A stretch of 64,000 bases of DNA, from assembly GCA_009838515.1 (NCBI GenBank), contig VXRL01000002.1, positions 83,248-147,247 of the forward strand, read 5' to 3'. Origin of the DNA: Terriglobia bacterium (GTDB lineage Bacteria; Acidobacteriota; Terriglobia; Bryobacterales; UBA6623). Positions 54,501 through 63,803 of this stretch are shown here, in pieces. The translations under genes were made by a program, and so were the position numbers. The number at the start of each line of letters is the position of its first letter. Position 1 is the stretch's first letter. The notes under the pieces were generated by a model, which was given only the letters and a program-made list of their open reading frames with translations, ran no database searches and was not told the origin of the DNA.

Positions 54501-55715
54501 GTGGCAGTGCCGGCCTTGGCGGTGACAGGCGGAGACCCCCTGCGCAAAGCTCCATACCCGGAGTGGCCGACCATGAGCGGCGGCGATCTGGAACGGGTTC
54601 GCAAGGTGCTCGAAACCTCAGGCTGGGGTGGCAGCAGTCCGCCGGTCGCAAGCTTCGAAAGCCTCTTCGCCCAGTATCACGACGCGGCCTTCGGGGTCGC
54701 CGTCTCGAGCGGCACGATGGCACTGGAACTGGCCATGCACGCCCTTGGGATTGGCCAGGGCGACGAAGTTATCGTGCCGGCGCACAGCTTCGTCGCCACG
54801 GCCACTGCCGTCTGTCGGGTCGGCGGCGTTCCTGTCTTCGTCGATATCGAAGCGGACACCTACAATATCGACCCCGTGAGGGTCGCAGAAGGGCTTTCCA
54901 CTTCCACCAAGGCAATGATTCCCGTGCATTTCGGCGGGGTGATGGCGGACATGGATCGCCTCGGCAGCGTTGCGACGGACAGCGACACGGTCGTAATCGA
55001 AGACGCGGCCCACGCCCATGGCGCCGAGTGGTTCGGCACGCGCGCGGGCGGCCTGGGGATGATCGGCACCTTCAGCTTCCAAAACTCGAAGGCCATGACG
55101 GCGGGAGAGGGCGGCATCTTTATCACCAGTGACGAGGGCGTGGCCGGCAAGGCGCGTTCGATCGCAGATGCCGGGCGGCTGCCGGGCAAGGGGTGGTTCG
55201 AGCATTTCGAGGTCGGGACCAACCTGAGGATGACCGCAATGCAAGCCGTGTTGCTGGGCTCACAACTCGAGCGCTTGCAGGATCAGATCCGCCTCAGGGC
55301 GACCAATTTCGGCCGCTTTCGGCGAGAACTGGAAGGAATTCCGGGCATTGACTTCCAGCAAGCGCCGCCCGGTGCCACCGTGCAGACGCGGTATATCGTT
55401 CCGGGCCGCATCTCGGAGAGCGAGTTCGGAACGGACCGCGACCACTTTGTCGCCGCTGTTCAGGCCGAGGGCGTGCCCGTGCGGCCGTTCTACCCCCATG
55501 CCCTGTATGCGAACCCGCTGTTCGACCGGCAGCCGCACCGCGTACTCCCGTGCCCGGTCGCAGAAGCCGCGACCCGCAATGCGTTTTGGCTGCCAATGAA
55601 CATTTTCATGGGCACCCGGGACGATGCGGCCGACGCCGCTCGGGCCATAGCCAAGGTCCACGAAGCATACAGGAGCAGCGGGTCGGAGAAGACGAACGGA
55701 TCGCCCGGCGTGTGA
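54501..55715 (+). CDS. DegT/DnrJ/EryC1/StrS-family PLP aminotransferase
   Basis: The PLP-Lys region reads GTFSFQNSKAMTAGEGG. The overall pattern matches the family. The start is a GTG at 54501. Confidence 0.85.
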   Translation: MAVPALAVTGGDPLRKAPYPEWPTMSGGDLERVRKVLETSGWGGSSPPVASFESLFAQYHDAAFGVAVSSGTMALELAMHALGIGQGDEVIVPAHSFVATATAVCRVGGVPVFVDIEADTYNIDPVRVAEGLSTSTKAMIPVHFGGVMADMDRLGSVATDSDTVVIEDAAHAHGAEWFGTRAGGLGMIGTFSFQNSKAMTAGEGGIFITSDEGVAGKARSIADAGRLPGKGWFEHFEVGTNLRMTAMQAVLLGSQLERLQDQIRLRATNFGRFRRELEGIPGIDFQQAPPGATVQTRYIVPGRISESEFGTDRDHFVAAVQAEGVPVRPFYPHALYANPLFDRQPHRVLPCPVAEAATRNAFWLPMNIFMGTRDDAADAARAIAKVHEAYRSSGSEKTNGSPGV

Positions 55716-55741
55716 CAGCCAGCGCGCGCCGGAAACCGGTC

Positions 55742-57382
55742 TCAGTCTTGCCGGGGCGGCTCGCGGATCGTGTGGACTTGACCCGCGGCCAAGCCCTCCA
55801 AGCGCTGGTCCGTACCGCTCGGCCAGCGCAGTTCGAGATCGACCTCCGTGGCAGGGCCCAGTCCGAAGTGCAGCCGCAAGTCGTGCTGCGATAGGTAGCT
55901 GCCGCCGCCCCTGACCTCCCCTCGCTGTGTCTTGTCACCGGCGATGACGCGCACCTTCGCGCCAATCGCGCTGCGGTTCGAGACGCTGCCCTCCAGGTGC
56001 AGCACGATCCAGTTGCCCGAGGCGCTGCCTTGCTGGGCTAGCAGCGCTGGCCGCTCGTTCTGGCTATTGATCAACGCCTCGACCCTGCCGTCGTTATCGA
56101 TGTCGGCCAAGGCTAGGCCCCGAGCCGCGCGCTCTTGCCGCATCCCGGGGCCGGCGCGGGCCGAGATGTCCTCGAATCTGCGGCCCAGCAAGCTGCGATA
56201 CAGCACGGGCGGCTCGCGATAGCTCAGGTCGCTATCGACGAGCGTTTCGACTTCGGGGAAGACGTGGCCATTGACTAGGAGTATGTCTCGCCAGCCGTCG
56301 TTGTCGGCGTCTAGGAAGCCGCAGCCCCAGCCAACGAAGTGCGTATTGACGCCTAGGCCGTAGCGAACGGTCGAATCATCGAAGTCGCCGCCTCCCCGGT
56401 TGGTGTACAGGGTCGAGCGCTCGTCAGAAAAGTTCGTGCGAAAGATATCGTCACGACCGTCGCCGTCCATGTCGCCGGCGGCCACGCCCATGCCGGAAAG
56501 GGCCTCTCCGTGCTCATCGAAGGCCACGCCGCGCAAGACCGCCTCGTCGGCGAACGTGCCGTCTCGCTGGTTGACGTACAGGATCGACGGAGTGCGGTCG
56601 CAGGCGACGTAGATGTCCGCCCAGCCGTCCCCATTGAAGTCTCCGCTGACGGCTCCGAGCGAGTAGTTGCGGCCGGGAGCGGCAATCCCGCTTGCGCGGG
56701 ACGCGTCCGTGAAGCGGCCCGTGCCTTCATTGCGCAGAAACTCGTTGCGGGCGAACGGCAGGCCTCGCGGTCCGCAGGCGACGGGCATGTCGCGATAGAA
56801 GCAGTACGGGTTCTGGCCCGGTTTCGGCGTGCGCTCGAAATCGAACTCGAGATAGTTGGCAATGAACAGGTCTAGATCGCCGTCGTTGTCAGCGTCGAGA
56901 AAGGCGCAACCCGTGCTATAGCTGCCGCTGTCGGGGACTGGCAATCGCTCGAACCGCTCACCGGACTGGTTGCGATAGAGGCGATTCTCGCCCCAATAGG
57001 TGACGAAGAGGTCGGCGAGCCCGTCGTTGTCCACATCGCCGACGCAGGCGCCCTGCCCCCAGCCCTCGCTCAGCAGTCCTGCTCGCTCGGTCACGTCAAC
57101 GAAGCGCCGTCCGCCTTGGTTTTGGTACAAGCGGTTCGTGCCGCCCTGTCCCGACACCACGAAGGCATCGGGCAGGCCGTCGGCGTTGAAGTCGAAGAAG
57201 GCGGCGCCGCTGCCGGTGGTCTCGAGAATCCAAGCCTTGGATCGGTCTCCGCCGTTGGGAAATACGTCTCGCAGTCCCGCGGCAGCGGCGATATCGATGT
57301 AGCGCACGGATTCGGCGACAGCGATCGGGGCACTGGCAATCAGCAGCGCAAACGCCGCGCGTGCGGTGCCGCGCGCCTTCAC
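55742..57382 (-). CDS. CRTAC1 / ASPIC-UnbV family protein with FG-GAP (VCBS) repeats, exported
   Basis: It has a signal peptide. Repeated motifs are DFNADGLPD, DVDNDGLADL, DADNDGDLDL, DMDGDGRDD and DIDNDGRVE. The C-terminus is UnbV_ASPIC-like. Confidence 0.8.
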   Translation of the reverse strand: MKARGTARAAFALLIASAPIAVAESVRYIDIAAAAGLRDVFPNGGDRSKAWILETTGSGAAFFDFNADGLPDAFVVSGQGGTNRLYQNQGGRRFVDVTERAGLLSEGWGQGACVGDVDNDGLADLFVTYWGENRLYRNQSGERFERLPVPDSGSYSTGCAFLDADNDGDLDLFIANYLEFDFERTPKPGQNPYCFYRDMPVACGPRGLPFARNEFLRNEGTGRFTDASRASGIAAPGRNYSLGAVSGDFNGDGWADIYVACDRTPSILYVNQRDGTFADEAVLRGVAFDEHGEALSGMGVAAGDMDGDGRDDIFRTNFSDERSTLYTNRGGGDFDDSTVRYGLGVNTHFVGWGCGFLDADNDGWRDILLVNGHVFPEVETLVDSDLSYREPPVLYRSLLGRRFEDISARAGPGMRQERAARGLALADIDNDGRVEALINSQNERPALLAQQGSASGNWIVLHLEGSVSNRSAIGAKVRVIAGDKTQRGEVRGGGSYLSQHDLRLHFGLGPATEVDLELRWPSGTDQRLEGLAAGQVHTIREPPRQD

Positions 57383-58404
57383 GGAACCTCGCCGATCCGC
57401 TTAAGAAAATCGCTGAACTCGCCTTCGGACGGGGCCTGCAACTCTTCCAGCGCCTGCTGGACACGACGGGCGTCCTCGCGTCGCCCCGCATTGCGGTATG
57501 CCAGCATCAGGCTGTAGTGTGCGGGCTCGCTCGCCGGATGCAGCGCCAGCGCGCGTTCGAGCAGGGCGATCGCCTCGTCGTACTGTTCCCGGCTGGAGCG
57601 TTCTTTGGCCAGAGCGATCAACGCCTCGGGAAACTCGCCGTCAAGCGAGACTGCTCGCTCGAAGTGCGCCAGGGCTTCGGATGGTTGGCCCAGCACTTGG
57701 AGGATCTGGCCGACTTGAAATTCCGCCACCGCGTCTGAGGGGTTGAGCTCCAGCTCGGCGCGGAATTCTTCCAAGGCCTCAGTGAGCGCCTCCGGCTCGT
57801 GGGAGCGCATCAGCAGGGCGCGTCCCAAGCGGTAGTGCAGGTTCAGCGTTGCCGGCGCCTTCTCAATGGCCTTGCGGTATTCGCGCACGGCGTCGTCATA
57901 GCGCCCTTGGATCTCGAAGATCTCAGCCGACAGCTGGTTCACTCGAAACGATGCCGGGGCGGATGCGAACATCGCCTCGACCGCATCGTTCCAGCCTTTC
58001 AGGTACAGCCTGGCGGTCTCGTACAACACGTCGGGGTCTTCGGAGAGCTCGGAGGGCATGCCTGTCAGAGCGGAAAACGCGGCATCGAACCGCCTCTCCG
58101 CGATGGCGCAGCGCGCCATAGCCAGTCCTGCCAGCTTGGCGACGGTCAGGTCTTGCCGGTCCGTCGCTTCGAGGCGTTCCAGAGCCTGCGCGCACTGGCC
58201 CAAGGAAGCATCGACGACCGCTTCCAGCGTGGGTGCGCGCGGATCCGAGGAGGCCGCGAAGCGCTGCTTTGCGGCGGTGTATTCCCCGGAGCCGAAATGC
58301 CGCAAGCCATCCTCGAAGGGCTGGTCAGCCGTTGCGGGCGGTCCTGCGGAAAGCAGGCACGCAAGCCCTGCCGCGACAGTCAGTTGGCCCCTAGTGGCCG
58401 GCAT
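57379..58404 (-). CDS. exported TPR-repeat protein
   Basis: It has a signal peptide and multiple TPR-like repeats. A 4-nt overlap links it to the downstream CRTAC1 gene. Confidence 0.75.
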   Translation of the reverse strand: MPATRGQLTVAAGLACLLSAGPPATADQPFEDGLRHFGSGEYTAAKQRFAASSDPRAPTLEAVVDASLGQCAQALERLEATDRQDLTVAKLAGLAMARCAIAERRFDAAFSALTGMPSELSEDPDVLYETARLYLKGWNDAVEAMFASAPASFRVNQLSAEIFEIQGRYDDAVREYRKAIEKAPATLNLHYRLGRALLMRSHEPEALTEALEEFRAELELNPSDAVAEFQVGQILQVLGQPSEALAHFERAVSLDGEFPEALIALAKERSSREQYDEAIALLERALALHPASEPAHYSLMLAYRNAGRREDARRVQQALEELQAPSEGEFSDFLKRIGEVP

Positions 58405-58675
58405 CGTCCATCATCAGGTCCAACTCGCCAAAGCGATGGCGGCGGCGGTCTTCCAAGTACCGGAAGGCCAGCATTGGCGGATCGCCGGGTGCTAGCCGGC
58501 CAGTGGGCCTGAGCCGGTCGGACGCGCTTACACCGATCAAGCCCAGGCGGCCGGATCGCTCGATATCCCGAAGCAGCTGAGCCTCAGCGTCTGCGTTCCC
58601 TGTGACAGTGGCGGCCGCGCCGAGGGCCAGCACGCCGACCGAGAGCTTCAACGCCGCCTCTCGAATCGCTGTCAT
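58391..58675 (-). CDS. small secreted hypothetical protein
   Basis: 94 aa from the ATG at 58675 (MTAIREAALKLSVGVLALGAAATVTGNADA, signal-like). TATAAT (58700-58695, minus strand) lies 19 nt upstream. The track ORF starts at a GTG at 58720. Confidence 0.45.
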   Translation of the reverse strand: MTAIREAALKLSVGVLALGAAATVTGNADAEAQLLRDIERSGRLGLIGVSASDRLRPTGRLAPGDPPMLAFRYLEDRRRHRFGELDLMMDDAGH

Positions 58676-58736
58676 CAGCAGTTTCACTGAGTGGATTATA
58701 TGGGAAAGCGGCGAAATCACTACAGAGCGCGCTTGC

Positions 58737-60020
58737 TCAGACCGCGGAGGGATCGAGGCCCAGCCAGCGGGCGCAGCTCAAGAAGACTTCCTCGGGTCTT
58801 TGAGGCGTGTCTGAAGCGAGCAGCGGGAAATCCGGCGGCGCGATTGCGAAGAGCGCGTCCATGCCCGTGCCGACGAAGAGATACGCCGTGTTCCGCCGGT
58901 ACTCGGCGTATTTCTCGCATTCTTGCCAGATGTACTGGTAGAACACTTCCAAGTCGACGTACGAGCCCAGCATGTCTGCCTGCGTTGGAATCGGGTTGGT
59001 CTCCTCTTGGTCGGAATAGATCAGCAGGCTGCTGAACGGCTTGACCTTGTTGCGGATGCCGAACGAGGCGAGCAATACCGAAGGGCGCGCCCGCCGGATG
59101 GCCTGCAGGGAGGCCCATTCGACGAACGTGTTGTTGATCAGCAGCGTGCCGTTGCCGTTGAGCAGGACCGACTGGAGGAAGTCCTGCATGACCGGATCGC
59201 GTCCGGCGGCTCGCCTTAGGGCCCCCGGATTCATCTTCTGCAGGCGCTCGCCCAGCTGACGCGGCCCGGGAATCTTCTCTTGGGTGACCAGTTCGTTGAC
59301 ATCCTTCATCAGCGCCTGACGCAGATCGGCCATGCGCTCGAAGCTCAGGCCGGTCCAGCCGACGAACCCGCGGGCCAGACGCATTAGCGGGTCCGAAGCC
59401 TCCACCACCCAGGTGTCAAACTGGCTTTCGGAGCGCTGCTCGCCGTAGAGGTCGAAGATGCTGGGGCGCCGCCCGGACACGGCGGCACCGCTCAACAAGC
59501 GGGCCAGATAGTCGCGCAGCGGTGCATCCTCGGCCACCGCTAGCGGCACGACGCGACCGCGATCGCGGATTCGCGTCCACATGCGGTCGGGTCCCATCGG
59601 CAGTTCGGCCGGAGAGACGACCGCCACCAAGCGGGGCTTGCCCGCGCGAGCCACCTCGGCATCGAGCAGCGGATCGATTTGGGCGAAGATCCCGGCGATG
59701 GCTTGGCGCCATTCCGCGAGGTAGCGATTGCGCTGCAGGAAGTCGACGTGCTCGAGCGTGAAGTCTTTGGTCTTCCAGATTCCCCCGCGGATGTCCATCT
59801 TCTGCTCGACCTGCCGCAAGGGGCCGAACAGTTCTGCGACGGCTTCGTCGGAGGATCGCTCCAGCAGGCCGAACAACCGCTCGAAGTAGTCCTGTTCGGC
59901 AGGGAACAAGCGCTGCCAATCCCTGATGCGGTCAAGGGAGTAGACGGCGAACGTCGCGGGGAGGCGCTCGAAGAGGCCGCCATCGATCAGACGCTTGATT
60001 GCTGGACTGTAGTTCTGCAT
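58737..60020 (-). CDS. hypothetical protein (427 aa, no family recognised)
   Basis: It is a long ORF with strong third-position G/C bias. It is the first gene of a four-gene minus-strand cluster. I could recognise no motif. Confidence 0.6.
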   Translation of the reverse strand: MQNYSPAIKRLIDGGLFERLPATFAVYSLDRIRDWQRLFPAEQDYFERLFGLLERSSDEAVAELFGPLRQVEQKMDIRGGIWKTKDFTLEHVDFLQRNRYLAEWRQAIAGIFAQIDPLLDAEVARAGKPRLVAVVSPAELPMGPDRMWTRIRDRGRVVPLAVAEDAPLRDYLARLLSGAAVSGRRPSIFDLYGEQRSESQFDTWVVEASDPLMRLARGFVGWTGLSFERMADLRQALMKDVNELVTQEKIPGPRQLGERLQKMNPGALRRAAGRDPVMQDFLQSVLLNGNGTLLINNTFVEWASLQAIRRARPSVLLASFGIRNKVKPFSSLLIYSDQEETNPIPTQADMLGSYVDLEVFYQYIWQECEKYAEYRRNTAYLFVGTGMDALFAIAPPDFPLLASDTPQRPEEVFLSCARWLGLDPSAV

Positions 60021-60310
60021 AGCGTCCGGCAGGGCGCGGTGCCGGGCACCGGTCCGTCCACTCTAATCATCGGCGAATGGCGCGGATCGGAACGCAGGCC
60101 GCCAGCGGTCTGCCGTGGTCCCGTTGGCGTTCGCATCGCACTGTCACGATTGGGCCGGCCGCACCGCTAGTATCGCCGGAACTGTCGTGGACGGCAAGAG
60201 ATCTTCGGTGGCTGTCGGGGCGTGGCCACGCAGGGCTTGCGGGGCTTGTAGGCCTTGGTGGCGCTGAAGAGTCGGCGACCCTGTCCGGCCCTCTTGCGAC
60301 AATAGGCGTC

Positions 60311-60616
60311 ATGGTTCACGTCATCGCGTCAATCCGCGTCAAAGAGGGATCCTTGGACGAGTACATAGCCCTGTTCAAGGAGAACGTGCCGAACGTCCTC
60401 GCCGAGGACGGCTGTGTCCAGTACGCGCCGTGTATCGATGCCGAGACTGGCTGGAAGACGCAGGCCTTGGACCCGCAGCGCATGACCGTAGTCGAGCAAT
60501 GGGAAAGCATGGAAGCGCTGCAATCCCATTCCCGGGCTCCGCACATGGCGGCTTTCCGAAAGACGGCGGGGCACCTCGTCGAGGGCATGGTGTTACAGGT
60601 CGTGGAGGACGCCTGA
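60311..60616 (+). CDS. antibiotic-biosynthesis-monooxygenase (ABM) family protein
   Basis: 101 aa (MVHVIASIRVKEG...VEQWESMEALQSHSRAPHM), which fits the ABM/dimeric alpha-beta barrel pattern. Confidence 0.75.
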   Translation: MVHVIASIRVKEGSLDEYIALFKENVPNVLAEDGCVQYAPCIDAETGWKTQALDPQRMTVVEQWESMEALQSHSRAPHMAAFRKTAGHLVEGMVLQVVEDA

Positions 60617-60639
60617 ATCGGAGGCGGCCTGCGAACGCT

Positions 60640-61320
60640 TCAGGCCGACTCGTGGATCAGCCCGCGCCTGCGGGATTCCTCGCGAACGTCCGCGAATAGC
60701 CAAGTGCCTACGTACATCAAGGGTGTGTCCGCTGCTGCGACCAGCAGTTTGAAGGCGTAACTCGCAATGATTACCGCGCCTATCTCGGACCACGACCAGA
60801 CGCCGTAGAACAGGACCGTCACGACAGCCGTCGTGTCGATCAGCTGGCTCAGCATGGTCGAAGCGTTATTGCGCAGCCACAGATGGCGCCCGTCTGTGAG
60901 CTTGCGCCAGAAGTGGTATAGGCGGACATCGACGAATTGCGCGAGCAGGTAGGCCACCATGCTCGCGAAGATGGCGCGAGCGCTCTGTCCGAACACCGCC
61001 ATGTAGTGGTCTTGGATCGCGGCCTCCTGCAGATGGGACACCGGCAGCACCCGTCCGATCTGCAGCAGCACCAGCATGTATGCCGACACCGCGGCTCCGG
61101 TCAGCACGATGGCGTTGGCGCGCTGCTTGCCGTATAACTCGCTGATGAGGTCGGTGCAGAGGAACGTGATCGGATAGGGCAGCACGCCCAGGCTGATCGT
61201 CGCCACGCCTATGATCGGCAGCGGAACGTCGATGAACTTGAAGACGAAGGAGTTCGCCAGGACCAGGCTGGAGAGGAAAAATCCGGCCAAGAGGAGGAAT
61301 ATGAAGTCGAACCGCTGCAT
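60640..61320 (-). CDS. yhhQ: queuosine-precursor transporter (YhhQ / VUT family)
   Basis: It has the pattern LPYPITFLCTDLISELYGKQRA and 6 TM segments. Confidence 0.85.
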   Translation of the reverse strand: MQRFDFIFLLLAGFFLSSLVLANSFVFKFIDVPLPIIGVATISLGVLPYPITFLCTDLISELYGKQRANAIVLTGAAVSAYMLVLLQIGRVLPVSHLQEAAIQDHYMAVFGQSARAIFASMVAYLLAQFVDVRLYHFWRKLTDGRHLWLRNNASTMLSQLIDTTAVVTVLFYGVWSWSEIGAVIIASYAFKLLVAAADTPLMYVGTWLFADVREESRRRGLIHESA

Positions 61321-61353
61321 GCCCCGTGGTGGCCTGACTTCGCATTGAGCGGG

Positions 61354-61644
61354 CTAGCCTAGCGAAACGCCCAGTTGTTTGAGCCGTTCGCTGGCCGCCC
61401 TGACCCTCTCCGCGGCCTCGGCCATGCTGTGGTAGGTCACCGCCACGTCGTCGGCCTCGGGGCACTTCAGTTCGTCCTGCGAGGAGTCCCTGCCGTTGGC
61501 ACGGTCCTCCAACCGCTGGGCCGCCCGTTTCAACGCCGAGGACAGCCCGGAGGCTTGTGACTTGAGGCCGTCCAACCGCCGCCGCTGCTCGGTGAGTTCC
61601 AGCGTGGACTTGCCGATCTCTTGGTGGCGTTCGGCTTCGGTCAT
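61354..61644 (-). CDS. small coiled-coil hypothetical protein
   Basis: 96 aa from the ATG at 61644. The longer track ORF would run into the tRNA-like gene. Confidence 0.4.
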   Translation of the reverse strand: MTEAERHQEIGKSTLELTEQRRRLDGLKSQASGLSSALKRAAQRLEDRANGRDSSQDELKCPEADDVAVTYHSMAEAAERVRAASERLKQLGVSLG

Positions 61645-61717
61645 ACCCGTGCTAGACTGCGATTGAGAGGCACCGGACTGCCGGTTCAGAGCTGTCGCTC
61701 CCCTCGGTGAACGATGG

Positions 61718-61791
61718 GGCGCGGTAGCCAAGTTGGTAAGGCTGGTCCGTGAAACGATTGATCGCCGGTTCGAACCCGGCTCGCGCCTCCA
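61718..61791 (+). tRNA. tRNA-like gene with encoded CCA but an aberrant anticodon arm (identity undetermined, possibly GAA/Phe)
   Basis: The acceptor stem GGCGCGG/TCGCGCC has 7 bp including one G-U. The D arm is GCC-AAGTTGGTAA-GGC. The T arm GCCGG-TTCGAAC-CCGGC is perfect, followed by a T discriminator and CCA. The segment GGTCCGTGAAACGATTG cannot form a 5-bp stem with a 7-nt loop. The best fold is a 4-bp stem (two G-U) with an 8-nt loop CGUGAAAC. Confidence 0.5.
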
Positions 61792-61827
61792 CCGTTCGAT
61801 TCGATTGTACCGCTGGGACGGGCCGAC

Positions 61828-62289
61828 CTACTCGCAGTGGTAGACCACGCCGCTGAACAGCGAGCGCTCCACCGAACCGATGGTGCGCCCCGAGAACGAC
61901 CGTAGCTCCACGCTGTGCCACGTGCCCGACGGCCTGGCCGAGTGCCGCTCCATCGCCGACATCAGGACGGCCATGTTGTTCCGCTGGATGTCACACGAAG
62001 CCCGCTCCCACGCCACCGTCATCGCCTCGTCGACGGTCACAGTCAGCAGGCCAAATTCCGGATCGGCCTCGTGCGACACGATGCCAGCGGCAATGGCGCT
62101 CTCGGCCAGCGACTCCTCGATGCCCGCCTTCCGGTCCCGGGCCTTGGTGGCCTCGTATCCCGCCGTTGCCCAAATCCGCTCGCGCCGTTGGCGGGCGTCC
62201 CGGGCCTTGCTCTCGATCCCCCAGTTGAACGCCGCCCACGTCCCCAGCAACACTGCGATGATGATTCCGCCGATCACTCTGGCCGCCAT
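61828..62289 (-). CDS. hypothetical membrane-anchored protein
   Basis: 153 aa from the ATG at 62289 (MAARVIGGIIIAVLLGTWAAF...). It has one N-terminal TM helix. I recognise no family. Confidence 0.45.
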   Translation of the reverse strand: MAARVIGGIIIAVLLGTWAAFNWGIESKARDARQRRERIWATAGYEATKARDRKAGIEESLAESAIAAGIVSHEADPEFGLLTVTVDEAMTVAWERASCDIQRNNMAVLMSAMERHSARPSGTWHSVELRSFSGRTIGSVERSLFSGVVYHCE

Positions 62290-62758
62290 CTCGATTCCCT
62301 CCCTCGGAAGGCCAGAATGGGCCTCCCGTCCCCGTGGTACCGGCAACGGGGAGGGGCCTGCGACGGCAACGCAGGCTGAGATACGCTGGTGGAGACAGGG
62401 GCCCGGCCCGAACGGGACCGGCGTTCGCCTGATCCCTCTCGCGACCCGGGCCTGCCGGGGATAGCTACCGGGCCCCTGTCACATCGACCCGGAGCGGCGC
62501 GGCTCCTCGTCATGATCCCTCCCGCCCGGCACGCAAGGGTGCCGGGCCCGGCAACCGTCGCTCGGGAAGGAGAGAGGTCCCGCGTATTCGCCGCTTCCGG
62601 GTAGCTACTCCCGTCCGCTTCGTGTTGGCTGTTGTATTCCGCAGGGGACCCGACTCGGGGCCTTCCCGCACAACGGTTGCGATCTAAGCCTAACAGGCCC
62701 GCAGGCCCGTTGGATAGCGGATCGGGGAATTTTTTACAAACGGGCAGGTATCCGGCCG

Positions 62759-63658
62759 CTACGAGCAAGCCTTCTCCAGCAATTCGTCCATGCTCCACGG
62801 GTGATCGGCCAACCCCGCCGCCATGGCCGGGGTCTTCCGCAACGTGGTGTGGACCTTGCAGAAGTTGTACGAGGCGAACAGCAGGGCCAAGGCCGCCTCC
62901 AGCATGTCCCAGTCCTTGGAGAACGCATAGGTCTTCCGGCTGAACCGGCGCAGCCACCCTCGGAGCGTTCCGTTGAAACGCTCGATATAGGTCGTCTCGA
63001 TCTGGCTGACATCCGGGTTCCCGAACACGGGCTCCACCCGGCCGGGATTGGTGACCTTCACGATCCTGCCGTAGCTGGCCCGGTCGGACAGCCCGGCCTC
63101 GATCGCGAGTTCGTACTCCGGGTACCCGTCGGTGCTGATCTGGAACCGCTTGGCCGAGGTGGCCTGACGGACGGCGAGGATGAAGCGGGCCGTGTGGGAC
63201 AGATCCCGCTTGCCCAGGTGCCACGCCACGATCAGGCGGGTCGTCCGTTCGATGGCGATGAACACGTAGGCATCCCCGACCGTGTCGGGATCCTTGGCCG
63301 TGACCCGCCGCTGCTTCTTGTAGACGAATCCCCAGATCTCATCCAGTTCCAAGTGATCCACGTCCACGTTCCGGATCCTGTCGCGGAGCAGCAGGCGGCA
63401 AGCGCCCCCGGCCTTGGCCACCAACGACAGGACCGTGCAGCGCGGGAGTCCGGACAGCCGGGCGGCCGACCGGACCGAGCAGCCCTCCACCAGCAGCTCC
63501 GCCGTACGGCAGGCTTTCTCGAACGGCAGGTACATGTTCCCCACCGAGCGGCGGGGTTCGGATTGCGTTCTCCCGCAGCGGACGCATTGGTAGCGCCGGG
63601 TGCCGCTACGGTTCTTCCCGTAGTCCCGGCAGCGGCCGGAGCAATGTTTGCATTGCAT
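62759..63658 (-). mobile_element. IS1-family transposase gene as a single ORF (IS ends not determined)
   Basis: 299 aa from the ATG at 63658. The N-terminal zinc finger reads CKHCSGRC...YQCVRCG, and an HTH follows. The catalytic-region pattern is DEIWGFVYKK...ISTDGYPEY...IERFNGTLRGWLRRFSRKTYAFSKD...YNFCKVH. I found no terminal inverted repeats by eye. Confidence 0.75.
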
Positions 63659-63775
63659 GATTCCCTCCCTGAAGGCCGGGAAGGGACTGCGAAGGCCGCC
63701 GGTCCGGTACAATCCGGATGTACGCGTGAGAACCGTGCTGGTTGACGGCGGCTTTCCATGTCCTCCCTCGGCCAT

Positions 63776-63803
63776 CCCACGGGGCGCTCCAACGCCCCGT
63801 GGG
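63776..63803. repeat. perfect 11-bp inverted repeat (GC-rich hairpin, 6-nt loop)
   Basis: CCCACGGGGCG (63776-63786), ctccaa, CGCCCCGTGGG (63793-63803). It lies between the transposase start and the tRNA-Trp-like gene. On the minus strand it is 45 nt downstream of the tRNA and preceded by a T-rich run. Confidence 0.6.

Noticed and set aside
60038-60050. 13-bp palindrome GGTGCC-G-GGCACC just upstream of the 427-aa hypothetical gene, considered as an operator.
   Set aside because: A 6+6 palindrome is expected several times by chance in 64 kb (roughly 64,000/4^6 per spacer length). There is no second copy nearby.
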